Positions 9,848 to 19,013 are shown, counted from the first letter of the stretch. The stretch is 24,693 bases of DNA from Synechococcus sp. (GCA_051439605.1 JBFRWN010000051.1:1-24693); one strand, 5' to 3'. Notes: generated by a model not told the origin, from the sequence alone. A program made the numbers and translations.

Positions 9848-10797
9848 CTTTTTGATTTCGCTGGTGTCGATTATGGGTTAACCGATGTGGTATCAACCGA
9901 TTGCGGCCGGGGTTTGCCTATGAAGGTTTCTTACTGGCTTGGTAGGCTGAATACCCAACAATTGGAGAAAACCCCTGGGATTGCGCGTTACCAGACAGGG
10001 CGATGGCATTGTCGCAGAACAAGTTTGGCAAAGTCTAGGAGCAAGCCCCAGTCACATTACAGTGGGTGGCGGGCTATGCGAATTGGATTTGACACCACGG
10101 TCGGACCCAAAATTATGGCTGCCCATCCAGCCAGATTAACTGCAGTCCCTTGAAGTTGGCATGATTGTTTCTGGCAATACTACGCTCGGATGGCGCTCGG
10201 CCAATTAGCTGAAAATTCTCCATTGCGCTCGCTAAACCTCTTTGAGCCGATTTGTGAACTCAAGTAATGCCTTACTCCGCATTTTCAGTCGGAATACTGC
10301 ACTTGCCTCCCAAGTCCTCCATGCTGGATGACTTTTGAGACATCTTTTGCTGCTTACAAAAGGTTTTCAATTTGTTACCAATCAATCCATGTAATAAGTT
10401 CCTATCCCTACTCTGTAGAAACCTCTAACAAGTCCTTACTGAGGGAAAATCTAGGAAGTCCTACCTAAGGGAAGGACCCTACGATACAAGAGATTAAGGC
10501 TCCATAAAATTTACTTTGTAAATATCCTCTTAGATCTCGTTATTTCTCTTTCATGAAATTGTATGCTTCAAGAGAGAACGACAGGATTAAATGCTTGGCA
10601 GGTTCTGCTTACAGCTCAAATCAGGCTCAAGTATGGGGGCACTTAAACAGGGATAATCTATGGAGGCGGAGTAACCCCTATCAACATGATGGAAAACTCA
10701 TGACCCTAACATGAATTCTGTCTACAGTCATAAAGAAATGCTACCTGACACTTCAGACAGCAGGCAATAGTTTCGGCGAATACGAGAAACACATCTC

Positions 10798-13152
10798 ATG
10801 AACGCAATCCCAGTCACCGATCGAATTGCACGGCAGCTCGACTTAGGAATCCAACATCACCAATCCGGGCATCTGCACGAAGCAGAAGTTTGCTATCAAA
10901 AAGTGTTAAAGTTGCAGCAAACTCATTCTGAAGCATGGCATTTGCTGGGTACGATCGCGTGTCAGCAAGGTCAGTATGCCCTTGCTGTTGTGCGAATTTC
11001 TCGTGCTATTGAACTTCAGCCGAACAAAGCATTATTATACTGCGCTCTCGGTAACGCGTATCAAGAGCAGGGACAGTTTCAGCAAGCTATCGAATGCTAC
11101 CAGAAAGCGATACAGCTGGAACCCGATTATCACTCGGTTCACATTCATCTAGAAACTCTTTTGGAAGTTCTAAAAAGACTCAAAGAATCAAGACAGACTG
11201 AACCACATCTGCAGACTGAAAATGCTGAATCTAGCGAGCTTCAACAGCCATTAGAAATAGCTTCTAATCCTTCGGCTACAGATACTAAAGCTATTAAAAA
11301 ACAGTTTGCCACTGGTCTCAAACTTCAGAAAGCCGGTCAATTGCAAGGAGCAGAAATTTGCTACCAACAAGTGCTACGGTGGCAACCAAATCATGCTGAG
11401 GCTTGGTATCTCATGGGTACGATCGCCGCGCAACAAGGTCTGTCTTCGATAGCGACAAAACGGCTGAATCGTGCAATTGAGCTTCAGCCAGAAAAAGCTA
11501 TTTTATATTATACTCTTGCCAAAGTTTATCAACAGGAAGGAAATAGCAAAAAATCAATTGAATACTATCAGAAATCTCTACAGCTCAATCCCAATTTTGC
11601 TGAAGCTTACAATAGCCTAGGGAATGTCTATGTGATTGCAGATAGGCTCGATGACGCAATTCAATGTTTTCAACGAGCCCTACAAATCAATTCGAATCAC
11701 TTTGCTGCTTGCAATAATCTAGGGCTTGCATTAAAACGACAAGATCGGCTAGGGGAAGCCATTGAAGCCTTTGAGAAAGCACTTAAACTGTATCCCAACA
11801 AGGATAAAGTCTATATAAACTTAGGGAGCGCATTGAGAGATCGAGGTCAGATAAAAGAAGCCATTGAGTTTTTCCAAAAAGCTCTTCAGCTCAATCCCGC
11901 CTTGAGTAGTGCTCACAGCAAACTTCTACTTATGTTGCATTACGATGGCAGCTATCAGCCATCGACAATCTATGCCGAACATCTGAACTGGGCTGAGCGT
12001 CATGCAGCACCTTTAGCAAAATTGATCGAGTCGTACAATTACGATCCCAATCCAGAGCGTCGGCTTCGAATAGGGTACGTTTCCAGCGACTTGAGAGAGC
12101 ATTCGGTGGCTTTTTTCTTCGAGTCCGTACTCGCTGCGCGCAACCACAGCGAATTTGAGGCCATATGCTATTCAAACAATACAGAAATCGACGCCACCAC
12201 AAGGCGTTTGCAGCAACTGTCTGATGGCTGGCGTGAAATCTATGCCATGAACGACGAACAAGTTGCTGAACTGATACGCCGAGACGAAATCGACATATTG
12301 GTGGACCTATCCGGTCATACCGGGGGAAATCGATTACTCGTATTTGCTCGAAAACCGGCTCCAATCCAAGTCAGCTACCTTGGCTATCCTGATACGACGG
12401 GACTCGACACAATGGATTACCGACTGACCGATGGATGGGCGGATCCTGAAGGTCAGACCGATCGCCTCTACACTGAGAAGCTGGTGCGTTTGCCTCATGG
12501 GTTCTTGTGTTATCAACCCAAGTCAGATTGTCCAGCGGTTGGTGATTCTCCCTTTTTGAACGGGGGACAGGTTACTTTTACCTCGTTCAACAACCTGCCA
12601 AAAGTGACTCCCCAGACGATCGGTACTTGGGCAGCCATCCTCAAAGCCGTTCCTAACAGTTACCTGCTGATTAAGGCAAAATCGTTAACAGATTCAAGTA
12701 CGCGTGCGTACATACATGGCTTGTTCAAACAGCAAGGCATTGAAGTTGAGCGAGTCGAGTTGATCGGTTGGATTGCCGAACCAAACCAACATCTTGCCCT
12801 CTACAACCGGGTGGATATTGCCCTAGATACATTTCCGTATCATGGCACAACCACAACCTGCGAAGCCATGTGGATGGGGGTACCCGTTATTACCCTGGCA
12901 GGTCAAACCCACGTATCGCGAGTCGGTGTGAGTCTATTGTCTTCTGTGGGACTGGAAGAGCTGATTGCTGAATCTCCTGAAGACTATATCCAAAAAGCAA
13001 TTGACCTAGCTCGCGATCGGGAGCGGCTACAGGATTTGAGGGCAAGCTTGAGAAATCGTTTGAGAAATTCTCCTTTGACTAATCAAAGTCTCATTTGCCG
13101 CACTTTAGAAGAGTCCTACAGGAATATGTGGCATCAATACTGTAACGATTAA
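10798..13152 (+). CDS. TPR-containing GT41 glycosyltransferase (SPINDLY / O-GlcNAc transferase-like)
   Basis: Multiple TPRs followed by RLRIGYVSSDLREHSV, DILVDLSGHT, KPAPIQVSYLGYPDTTG, FNNLPKV, DIALDTFPYHGTTTTCEAMWMGVPVITL and SRVGVSLL. Confidence 0.95.
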   Translation: MNAIPVTDRIARQLDLGIQHHQSGHLHEAEVCYQKVLKLQQTHSEAWHLLGTIACQQGQYALAVVRISRAIELQPNKALLYCALGNAYQEQGQFQQAIECYQKAIQLEPDYHSVHIHLETLLEVLKRLKESRQTEPHLQTENAESSELQQPLEIASNPSATDTKAIKKQFATGLKLQKAGQLQGAEICYQQVLRWQPNHAEAWYLMGTIAAQQGLSSIATKRLNRAIELQPEKAILYYTLAKVYQQEGNSKKSIEYYQKSLQLNPNFAEAYNSLGNVYVIADRLDDAIQCFQRALQINSNHFAACNNLGLALKRQDRLGEAIEAFEKALKLYPNKDKVYINLGSALRDRGQIKEAIEFFQKALQLNPALSSAHSKLLLMLHYDGSYQPSTIYAEHLNWAERHAAPLAKLIESYNYDPNPERRLRIGYVSSDLREHSVAFFFESVLAARNHSEFEAICYSNNTEIDATTRRLQQLSDGWREIYAMNDEQVAELIRRDEIDILVDLSGHTGGNRLLVFARKPAPIQVSYLGYPDTTGLDTMDYRLTDGWADPEGQTDRLYTEKLVRLPHGFLCYQPKSDCPAVGDSPFLNGGQVTFTSFNNLPKVTPQTIGTWAAILKAVPNSYLLIKAKSLTDSSTRAYIHGLFKQQGIEVERVELIGWIAEPNQHLALYNRVDIALDTFPYHGTTTTCEAMWMGVPVITLAGQTHVSRVGVSLLSSVGLEELIAESPEDYIQKAIDLARDRERLQDLRASLRNRLRNSPLTNQSLICRTLEESYRNMWHQYCND

Positions 13153-13358
13153 AACAAGGCATATTATCTGATTTACCGATCGACCTGCTGAATGTCTGCT
13201 TGAAGGCATAACTATAAACTTGGGTTGCTATTCATGGGGGACTTGGAAAATTAATGTCAACAATCACCGGCAAGTTAAGGCTTCGATCCTAACAACACCA
13301 AGCTTTGATTTGTCCGCGTGCATTTTTTTGTTAGGCCATCTCGACAAGCCAACTCCAA

Positions 13359-14003
13359 CTAGTCTAGATACCCGGTTTTTACGAGAAGTTCCTTATTTGC
13401 CTGGTTAAAGCGTTCCAGTAGATCGCCAGAAAGTTCAGATCTCCAATCTGTTTTGGTCTTTACCCATCGCCCATCTTCTCCAGCGATGGTATTTCTGTCA
13501 GGGATACTTTCAGTTATTAATCCACGCTTTAAAAAGTCGCTTATACTGTTCATGATATCGGGTAGGTTGTTTGTCATATTCTCGTATTTCAACAATAAGG
13601 TATTCGGGCGATCCCACGGCTCCCACGATCGCACATGGTTTGACCAAGTCCCAAATCGGTGTTGCCCCTCGATGATTGCCTCTAACGGAATGCGTTTGTT
13701 ATAAAACTTCCACAAGCTAACGCATGCTGCTCTGCCATCTCGGATTACATATATTGCAGGGTTCTTGTCCCTCGCATATTCGTGTGTTTTCACCAACGGA
13801 ATGGAGTTTTCTGGAAATCTTATTTGCTTGTCAGGACCATGTTCGATATGGCCAACATATTGTTCTAATTTCTTGTTTCCACCGAGATCGTTTGGGTAAA
13901 TGCTTGCCGAACGAAGGCCAAAACATTGCCATAATATTGTTCGAAGAAATGTATTACCACTACGGGGGTACGAAGCGAGCCAAACTATATAGTTGTTTTT
14001 CAT
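13359..14003 (-). CDS. PAPS-dependent sulfotransferase (214 aa)
   Basis: 5'-PSB loop SYPRSGNTFLR, VKTH, 3'-PB motif IRDGRAACVS, W-x-x-H-V-x-S-W and LLLKYE. Start placed at ATG 14003 (MKNNYIVW), because the longer extension runs toward the IS remnant. Confidence 0.9.
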   Translation of the reverse strand: MKNNYIVWLASYPRSGNTFLRTILWQCFGLRSASIYPNDLGGNKKLEQYVGHIEHGPDKQIRFPENSIPLVKTHEYARDKNPAIYVIRDGRAACVSLWKFYNKRIPLEAIIEGQHRFGTWSNHVRSWEPWDRPNTLLLKYENMTNNLPDIMNSISDFLKRGLITESIPDRNTIAGEDGRWVKTKTDWRSELSGDLLERFNQANKELLVKTGYLD

Positions 14004-14099
14004 TGCTTTTACTCTCTTGGCATAACTAGTGGTTGAACGCTTCCGCATGCCTCCCCAAACCCCACTCATTGAGCAGACAACCCCACCCATTAACCGAAG

Positions 14100-14650
14100 C
14101 TGCTTTCTCAGAATGATTGCAGCCTAGCGTATCTCAGCTCCTTGCATCAGTTGGTGGACGGATTGCACGAAACCTTGGAACAATGACTTTTTCAGAAGCC
14201 GCTTTCCTTGGTGGCCAGGCTGAGTCATGCCGACTGGAACAGTTCCTTTGCATGGACGAGGCTCATACTCGCTTATACGCTGACGAGGGATACGGTTGGT
14301 CGATTCGTGGGGATCGATTTTGGGTTGGTTCCAGCTCTCCGGGCTTGGCTATAGTCTCTTTCTATGGGGTTTTCCTATATAGCTTGGCTCAAGTGAGACT
14401 GTTCTCCTTCAATCCTGCCAATGACCTCACGTTTGATGTACTCGAGCAACTGAGGGTAGAATTCCTCGGCCGGAAGATGACCCAGACTAGGATCGAGCAC
14501 TTTACCATCGCTCTGGTTTGGTTAAAGTAGCGGCAGAAGCGCTGGAGATTGAGCCGGTTCCACTCCCCGGGTGTAGCCCTGACTTCATGCCAGTGGAGCA
14601 TTGATGGCAGTGGTTGCACGAGGAGATCGTTTATCACACTAGTGCTATTG
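14100..14650 (+). pseudogene. IS630-family transposase remnant (DDE region, decayed)
   Basis: MDEAHTRLYADEGYGWSIRGDRFWVGSSSPG...VSFYG carries the first catalytic Asp motif. Another frame reads PLPGCSPDFMPVEH*WQWLHEEI (the P-x-Y-S-P-D-x-x-P-x-E-x-x-W motif) with an internal stop. Boundaries approximate. Confidence 0.8.
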
Positions 14651-15076
14651 CCTTACTCAGATCGGGATCGCTTCTCTCGACGCCCTTCAGCGGCAGATTC
14701 TGGCTTTAATGAATGTTATGGACTAGATCTACCTCCTGCATTCGGACATCTCAAAATTCAGACAGGGGCTTCATAATGCTCAAACCAACAGTTCATATTG
14801 CTCAGACGAACAGTAGGCAGTCTTTGCGAGCCGATTTCTAGAGTATAGATTAGTTCAAAAAACACTATAGGTAGTGTTTACTGGCTCCAGAAACAACTGC
14901 ATATAGCGCAGGTTTGCATTTAGTGAAAAATCCAGAAATGTATACAATGATTAAAAAATAAAGCAGTGCAATTGGTTTTTATCCTAAGATATTGAAGGAA
15001 GAAACTAGTACTTAAGTACATAAGTAATTCCAACTAGAAAATAAAATTTCTTGCCATGTAAGTGAGGTACTTAACC

Positions 15077-15289
15077 ATGGAATCGTTATTTTTACTAGAC
15101 AACGAGCTAGTTGTTGAATTGTCCGATGAGGCTCAGGAAGTTGTCACCGGTGGGTTGGTATTCGATGTCGATCAAGACTACAGCATTAGTTATGCTGCAG
15201 TCGGCGCTGCTAACGGTATCGGCGGCGGTCTGTTAGTCTTCACGGCATACTCGATTGAGTCTGACAACAATTTGAATCTCACCACCTAA
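15077..15289 (+). CDS. Double-glycine-leader precursor, copy 1 (CTB-family/EbfG-like; 26-aa leader + 44-aa core)
   Basis: GAGG precedes ATG 15077. Leader ends VELSDEAQEVVTGG; core LVFDVDQDYSISYAAVGAANGIGGGLLVFTAYSIESDNNLNLTT. Lies upstream of HlyD and PCAT. Confidence 0.9.
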   Translation: MESLFLLDNELVVELSDEAQEVVTGGLVFDVDQDYSISYAAVGAANGIGGGLLVFTAYSIESDNNLNLTT

Positions 15290-15304
15290 GCACAGTCTCC
15301 TTAT

Positions 15305-15497
15305 CTTCCCGGCGTAAGATTGCATAGCTCAGAACCCTCCGATATATGTACGATTAGAGAGTAAGCCCAATCATGGGCCGGGAAGGGAATAGCTAATACC
15401 TAACCAATTGAGTATTAGTTATTCGATTAGAAGCTGGAGTTTTGACTAATTCAAAAATCCTTTACCAGTAGTGACTTAAGGCTTAGGTTGACTACTG
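15305..15497 (+). promoter_or_regulatory. Repeated structured RNA element in the inter-precursor spacers
   Basis: Stems CTTCCCGGC/GCCGGGAAG (15305-15385), GAATAGCTAATAC/GTATTAGTTATTC (15387-15424) and CAGTAGT...ACTACTG (15466-15497). Homologues lie at 15803-15892 and 16309-16397, the latter with a compensatory G-C to A-T change. Confidence 0.7.
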
Positions 15498-15575
15498 TAT
15501 AGAGCATCAAACTTGATTTTGTTAAATCTCCACTAGAAAACCAAATTTCTAACCATGTAAGTGAGGTACTTAACC

Positions 15576-15788
15576 ATGGAATCGTTATTTTTACTAGACA
15601 ACGAGCTGGTTGTTGAATTGTCCGATGAGGCTCAGGAAGTTGTCACCGGTGGTCTGAACTTCGATGTCGATCAAGACTACAGCATCAGTTTTGCTGCAGT
15701 CGGCGCTGCTAACGGTATCGGCGGTGGTTTGTTAGTCTTTACGGCATACTCGATTGAGTCTGACAACAATTTGAATCTCACCACCTAA
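15576..15788 (+). CDS. Double-glycine-leader precursor, copy 2
   Basis: Same leader; core differs from copy 1 at two residues (V2N, Y13F). Confidence 0.9.
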   Translation: MESLFLLDNELVVELSDEAQEVVTGGLNFDVDQDYSISFAAVGAANGIGGGLLVFTAYSIESDNNLNLTT

Positions 15789-16081
15789 GCCATATTTCCT
15801 TACCTTCCCGGCGTAAGATTGCATAGTTCCGGAATCCTCTGATCTACGTACGATTAGAGAATGGAGGGCTACCCGATCGTGGACCGGGAAGGGAATAGCT
15901 AATACCTAACCAATTGAGTATTAGTTATTCGATTAGAAGCTGGAGTTTTGACTAATTCAAAGATCCATTACCAGTAGCGCCTTAAGGCTTAGGTTGACTA
16001 CTGTATAGGGCATCAAACTTGATTTTGTTAAATCTCCGCTAGAAAACCAAATTTCTAACCATGTAAGTGAGGTACTTAACC

Positions 16082-16294
16082 ATGGAATCGTTATTTTTAC
16101 TAGACAACGAGCTGGTTGTTGAATTGTCCGATGAGGCTCAGGAAGTTGTCACCGGTGGGTTGGTATTCGATGTCGATCAAGACTACAGCATCAGTTATGC
16201 TGCAGTCGGCGCCGCTAACGGTATCGGCGGTGGTTTGTTAGTCTTCACGGCATACTCGATTGAGTCTGACAACAATTTGAATCTCACCACCTAA
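16082..16294 (+). CDS. Double-glycine-leader precursor, copy 3
   Basis: Protein-identical to copy 1, with synonymous nucleotide differences. Confidence 0.9.
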   Translation: MESLFLLDNELVVELSDEAQEVVTGGLVFDVDQDYSISYAAVGAANGIGGGLLVFTAYSIESDNNLNLTT

Positions 16295-16479
16295 GCCATG
16301 TTTCTTTACCTTCCCGACGTAAGATTGCATAGCTCAGAACCCTCTGATCTAAGTACGATTAGAGAATGAAAGGCTACCCGATCGTGGGTCGGGAAGGGAA
16401 TAGCTAAGACCTAGCCAAATTAGTATTAGTTATTCGACGAGGAAGCAGATTTGTTGCCATGTAAGTGAGGTACTTAGCC

Positions 16480-16692
16480 ATGGAATCGTTATTTTTACTA
16501 GACAACGAGTTGGTTGTTGAATTGTCCGATGAAGCTCAGGAAGTTGTCACTGGTGGGCTAATTGTCGATTTAGATCAAGACTACAGTATAAGTTTTGCTC
16601 AAGTCTATGCTGCTAACGGGCCTAGCGGTAGTGTGTTAATCTTCAGAGCATACTCGATTGAGTCGGACAATAACCTGAATCTCACCACCTAA
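16480..16692 (+). CDS. Double-glycine-leader precursor, copy 4 (divergent core)
   Basis: Identical leader; core LIVDLDQDYSISFAQVYAANGPSGSVLIFRAYSIESDNNLNLTT. Confidence 0.9.
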   Translation: MESLFLLDNELVVELSDEAQEVVTGGLIVDLDQDYSISFAQVYAANGPSGSVLIFRAYSIESDNNLNLTT

Positions 16693-17262
16693 ACTCTGGA
16701 ATATTAGCATTAATACTGTCATTGCTAACATAGCTGAGGGAGGGAAAGAGTTTTGTCTAAAGTTCAGAGAGGAGAATCCCCTTTCGCTTTGAATAGGGTA
16801 ACTCTAAGCGTGGCATCATACGATTTACCCGGGTATGATGGTTACCATGGAGCCTTGAAGTGAGGAGGGTTCCTTCTCTAAAATTTCAATTCTTGAGAAG
16901 GGATAAACATTCTTAAGTTTTTTACAGGCAGTCAGAAGCGCTAAGACATAGAAATTAACTTCTAGATATGCTGTACTGCTGTCGATAAAGAGGGTTGTCA
17001 ATCGGAGCCTCGTAATGCTGGTTCCGATCGAGTGTTTTTTCTGGGATTAGCGTCTTAACGTGTTTAATTTACAAATTTCGCTGGAGGAACTATATGATGC
17101 ATCTCACTCGGAAAGAGTTAGAAAGACTATTTCATTAAGTTCTTACTCACATGAACTAAAAGGTTATCCAAGAACGGAACTCAGACTTCTAAAGTAGAGA
17201 TTGGCAACTCCAGAGAGTAAACTCATTTATAGAGTTAAATCGAGGAGATGAGAGGCACCTAA

Positions 17263-17322
17263 CTAACCATGTAAGTGAGGTATTTGATTGAGTCAAGAGC
17301 CTCTTCATTTCCCCAGCGTAAG
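17263..17322 (+). pseudogene. Collapsed relic of a fifth precursor unit
   Basis: CTAACCATGTAAGTGAGGTA (upstream motif) is joined to GATTGAGTC (near the 3' end of the core) and then TTCCCCAGCGTAAG (start of the spacer hairpin). Confidence 0.6.
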
Positions 17323-17639
17323 CTTAGAGCCACCTTAGATTGCTCTAAGTTAACTCGATTGTAACAAAAGTATGTTCAAATCAGTCTACGTTATTTTACC
17401 TATATTTTTGAACATATTCTTTTCTCGACTTGACGTCAAGTGGTTGTTATTTGAGCTTTCCTGGAGCAGATGGAAGGCCTGAGAGGGTTAAAGACAAATG
17501 CGTTACAATCATTAACCTTCTGATGAAAACTATCTGACGATACTTCCTGATATGCTTATTTTCCCAAAAAGTGCCAAATTAGCGATAGATAAATATTATA
17601 CTTAATTGGGCCATGCATAATAGGTTCGGAGCTTGAGTC

Positions 17640-19013
17640 ATGCTAGAAGAATCTCGCTCAAAAAAATCTTCGGACGACCGACTGGAAATATCCAATGCGA
17701 TCGTTGAAGATCCGAACCCAGATCAACTTACTTCTCTGAGCGAGGATGACTTTCTGCCTCCTGTCAGCCCATGGATGGTAATTGGAGGTTTTGCTCTTGT
17801 GGGGGGATTGGGAATCGCGATCGGCCTTTCCTCCATCATGAACTTTAAGGTCACAGTTAAGGCATTAGGCTCATTTCGACCCATTGGAGATTTGCGGTTA
17901 GTAGAATCCGAGTTAGATGGAACCGTTGTACAAATTGCCGCCAAGGAAAATCAAGTTTTGCAGGCTGGTGATGTCATTGCAAGTCTAGATCGTTCTAGGC
18001 TGCAAACAGTCAAAAGACAACTCCAAGAAGATATTGAGCAAAAAGAGCTACAGCTTGCCCAAATCAATGCACAGTTAAATACATTAGATTCACGGTACAA
18101 GGCAGAATCTGACTTAATAGCACGCACGATTAATGCTGCCGAAGAAAGTCTAAGGTTGCAGGAGCGTAGATATCGCGAGCAGCTAATAATTACTGAGGCA
18201 AATTTAGCTGAGGCAAATTCTGAACTTCAATTAGCTCGAGCAGAGTTGGAGCGCTACATTGCTCTTGAAGGTACGGGCATTGTTTCCCAACATCAAATTG
18301 ACGAAAAGATTGCTCGTGTTAGCCTTGCCGAGGCAAAACTAAAGCGGGCCGAAGCACAAGTTAGCCCTATCAATGCAGAGATTGCCATAGCCCAGCAGGA
18401 AATTGCCCAGCAACTTGCGAGTGGTAGAGCTACGCAGGCTACCTTGCAACAGCAGCGAGAGCAAATGCTTCAGCGAAGGATTGACATGGAAAACCAGATG
18501 CAAACGACCCAAAAAGAACTCGATCGAGTCGAGTTCGATCTAGACCGAAGTGTAGTACGAGCACCCATTAATGGCACTTTACACCAGCTGAATCTGAGAA
18601 ATCCTGGACAGGTACTGAATGCTGGTGAAGGAATAGCATATATTGCACCTTTAGATATGCCTCTGGAATTCAAAGCCAATGTGGCCTCTCAGGATATTAG
18701 CAAAGTGGAACTCGATCAACCTGTTGATATTCGAGTTTCAGCATGCCCTTACACAGATTATGGAATTCTAGATGGAAGCGTTACCGCTATATCTCCGGAT
18801 TCTATTTCAGCAGGAGTGAGTGGAAATAATCTTAACAATAATACGGGAACTTTTTATGAGATAACCATTACACCTGATAGAGAAAATGTTGGTGAAGGGG
18901 AGAATCAATGCCAACTGCAACCTGGCATGGAAGGTAAAGCAGATATAATCTCAAGTGAGGAGACTGTATTGACATTTCTACTGAGAAAAGCAAGATTGAT
19001 AACTAATATATAG
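17640..19013 (+). CDS. HlyD-family periplasmic adaptor (membrane fusion protein)
   Basis: N-terminal TM helix, VESELDGTVVQIAAKENQVLQAGDVI lipoyl half, long coiled coil, VVRAPINGTL, CPYTDYGILDGSV and LQPGMEGKADI. Confidence 0.95.
   Translation: MLEESRSKKSSDDRLEISNAIVEDPNPDQLTSLSEDDFLPPVSPWMVIGGFALVGGLGIAIGLSSIMNFKVTVKALGSFRPIGDLRLVESELDGTVVQIAAKENQVLQAGDVIASLDRSRLQTVKRQLQEDIEQKELQLAQINAQLNTLDSRYKAESDLIARTINAAEESLRLQERRYREQLIITEANLAEANSELQLARAELERYIALEGTGIVSQHQIDEKIARVSLAEAKLKRAEAQVSPINAEIAIAQQEIAQQLASGRATQATLQQQREQMLQRRIDMENQMQTTQKELDRVEFDLDRSVVRAPINGTLHQLNLRNPGQVLNAGEGIAYIAPLDMPLEFKANVASQDISKVELDQPVDIRVSACPYTDYGILDGSVTAISPDSISAGVSGNNLNNNTGTFYEITITPDRENVGEGENQCQLQPGMEGKADIISSEETVLTFLLRKARLITNI

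Larger units (their letters stand above)
15034..16692 (+). repeat. Tandem array of gene-plus-spacer units
   Basis: Start codons are 499, 506 and 398 bp apart. The spacers are homologous to each other; the third lacks about 100 bp. Confidence 0.92.

Noticed and set aside
9785..10153. 122-aa ORF
   Set aside because: TTG start inside the direct repeat, no RBS and no recognisable motif; probably spurious or decayed.
14004..14090. N-terminal extension of the sulfotransferase
   Set aside because: The PAPS-binding loop normally lies near the N-terminus; the extension has no family-like features and approaches the IS630 relic.
15062..15076. GTG-start MRYL(T/A) extensions of the four precursors in the ORF track
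   Set aside because: The GTG lies within the GTGAGG ribosome-binding motif; the ATG 15 nt downstream is the better start.
15034..16692. Array as a CRISPR or as an assembly artefact
   Set aside because: Units are 400-500 bp and protein-coding, and they differ by synonymous and spacer substitutions, so they are real paralogues.
15077..16692. Lanthipeptide, cyanobactin or microviridin assignment
   Set aside because: Cores lack Cys and the relevant motifs, and no LanM, YcaO, PatA/G or ATP-grasp genes are present.
460..18679. Numerous short ORFs overlapping or antisense to pta, the pentapeptide gene, tolC, GT41, the sulfotransferase and hlyD
   Set aside because: Shadow frames of well-supported genes with no independent evidence.
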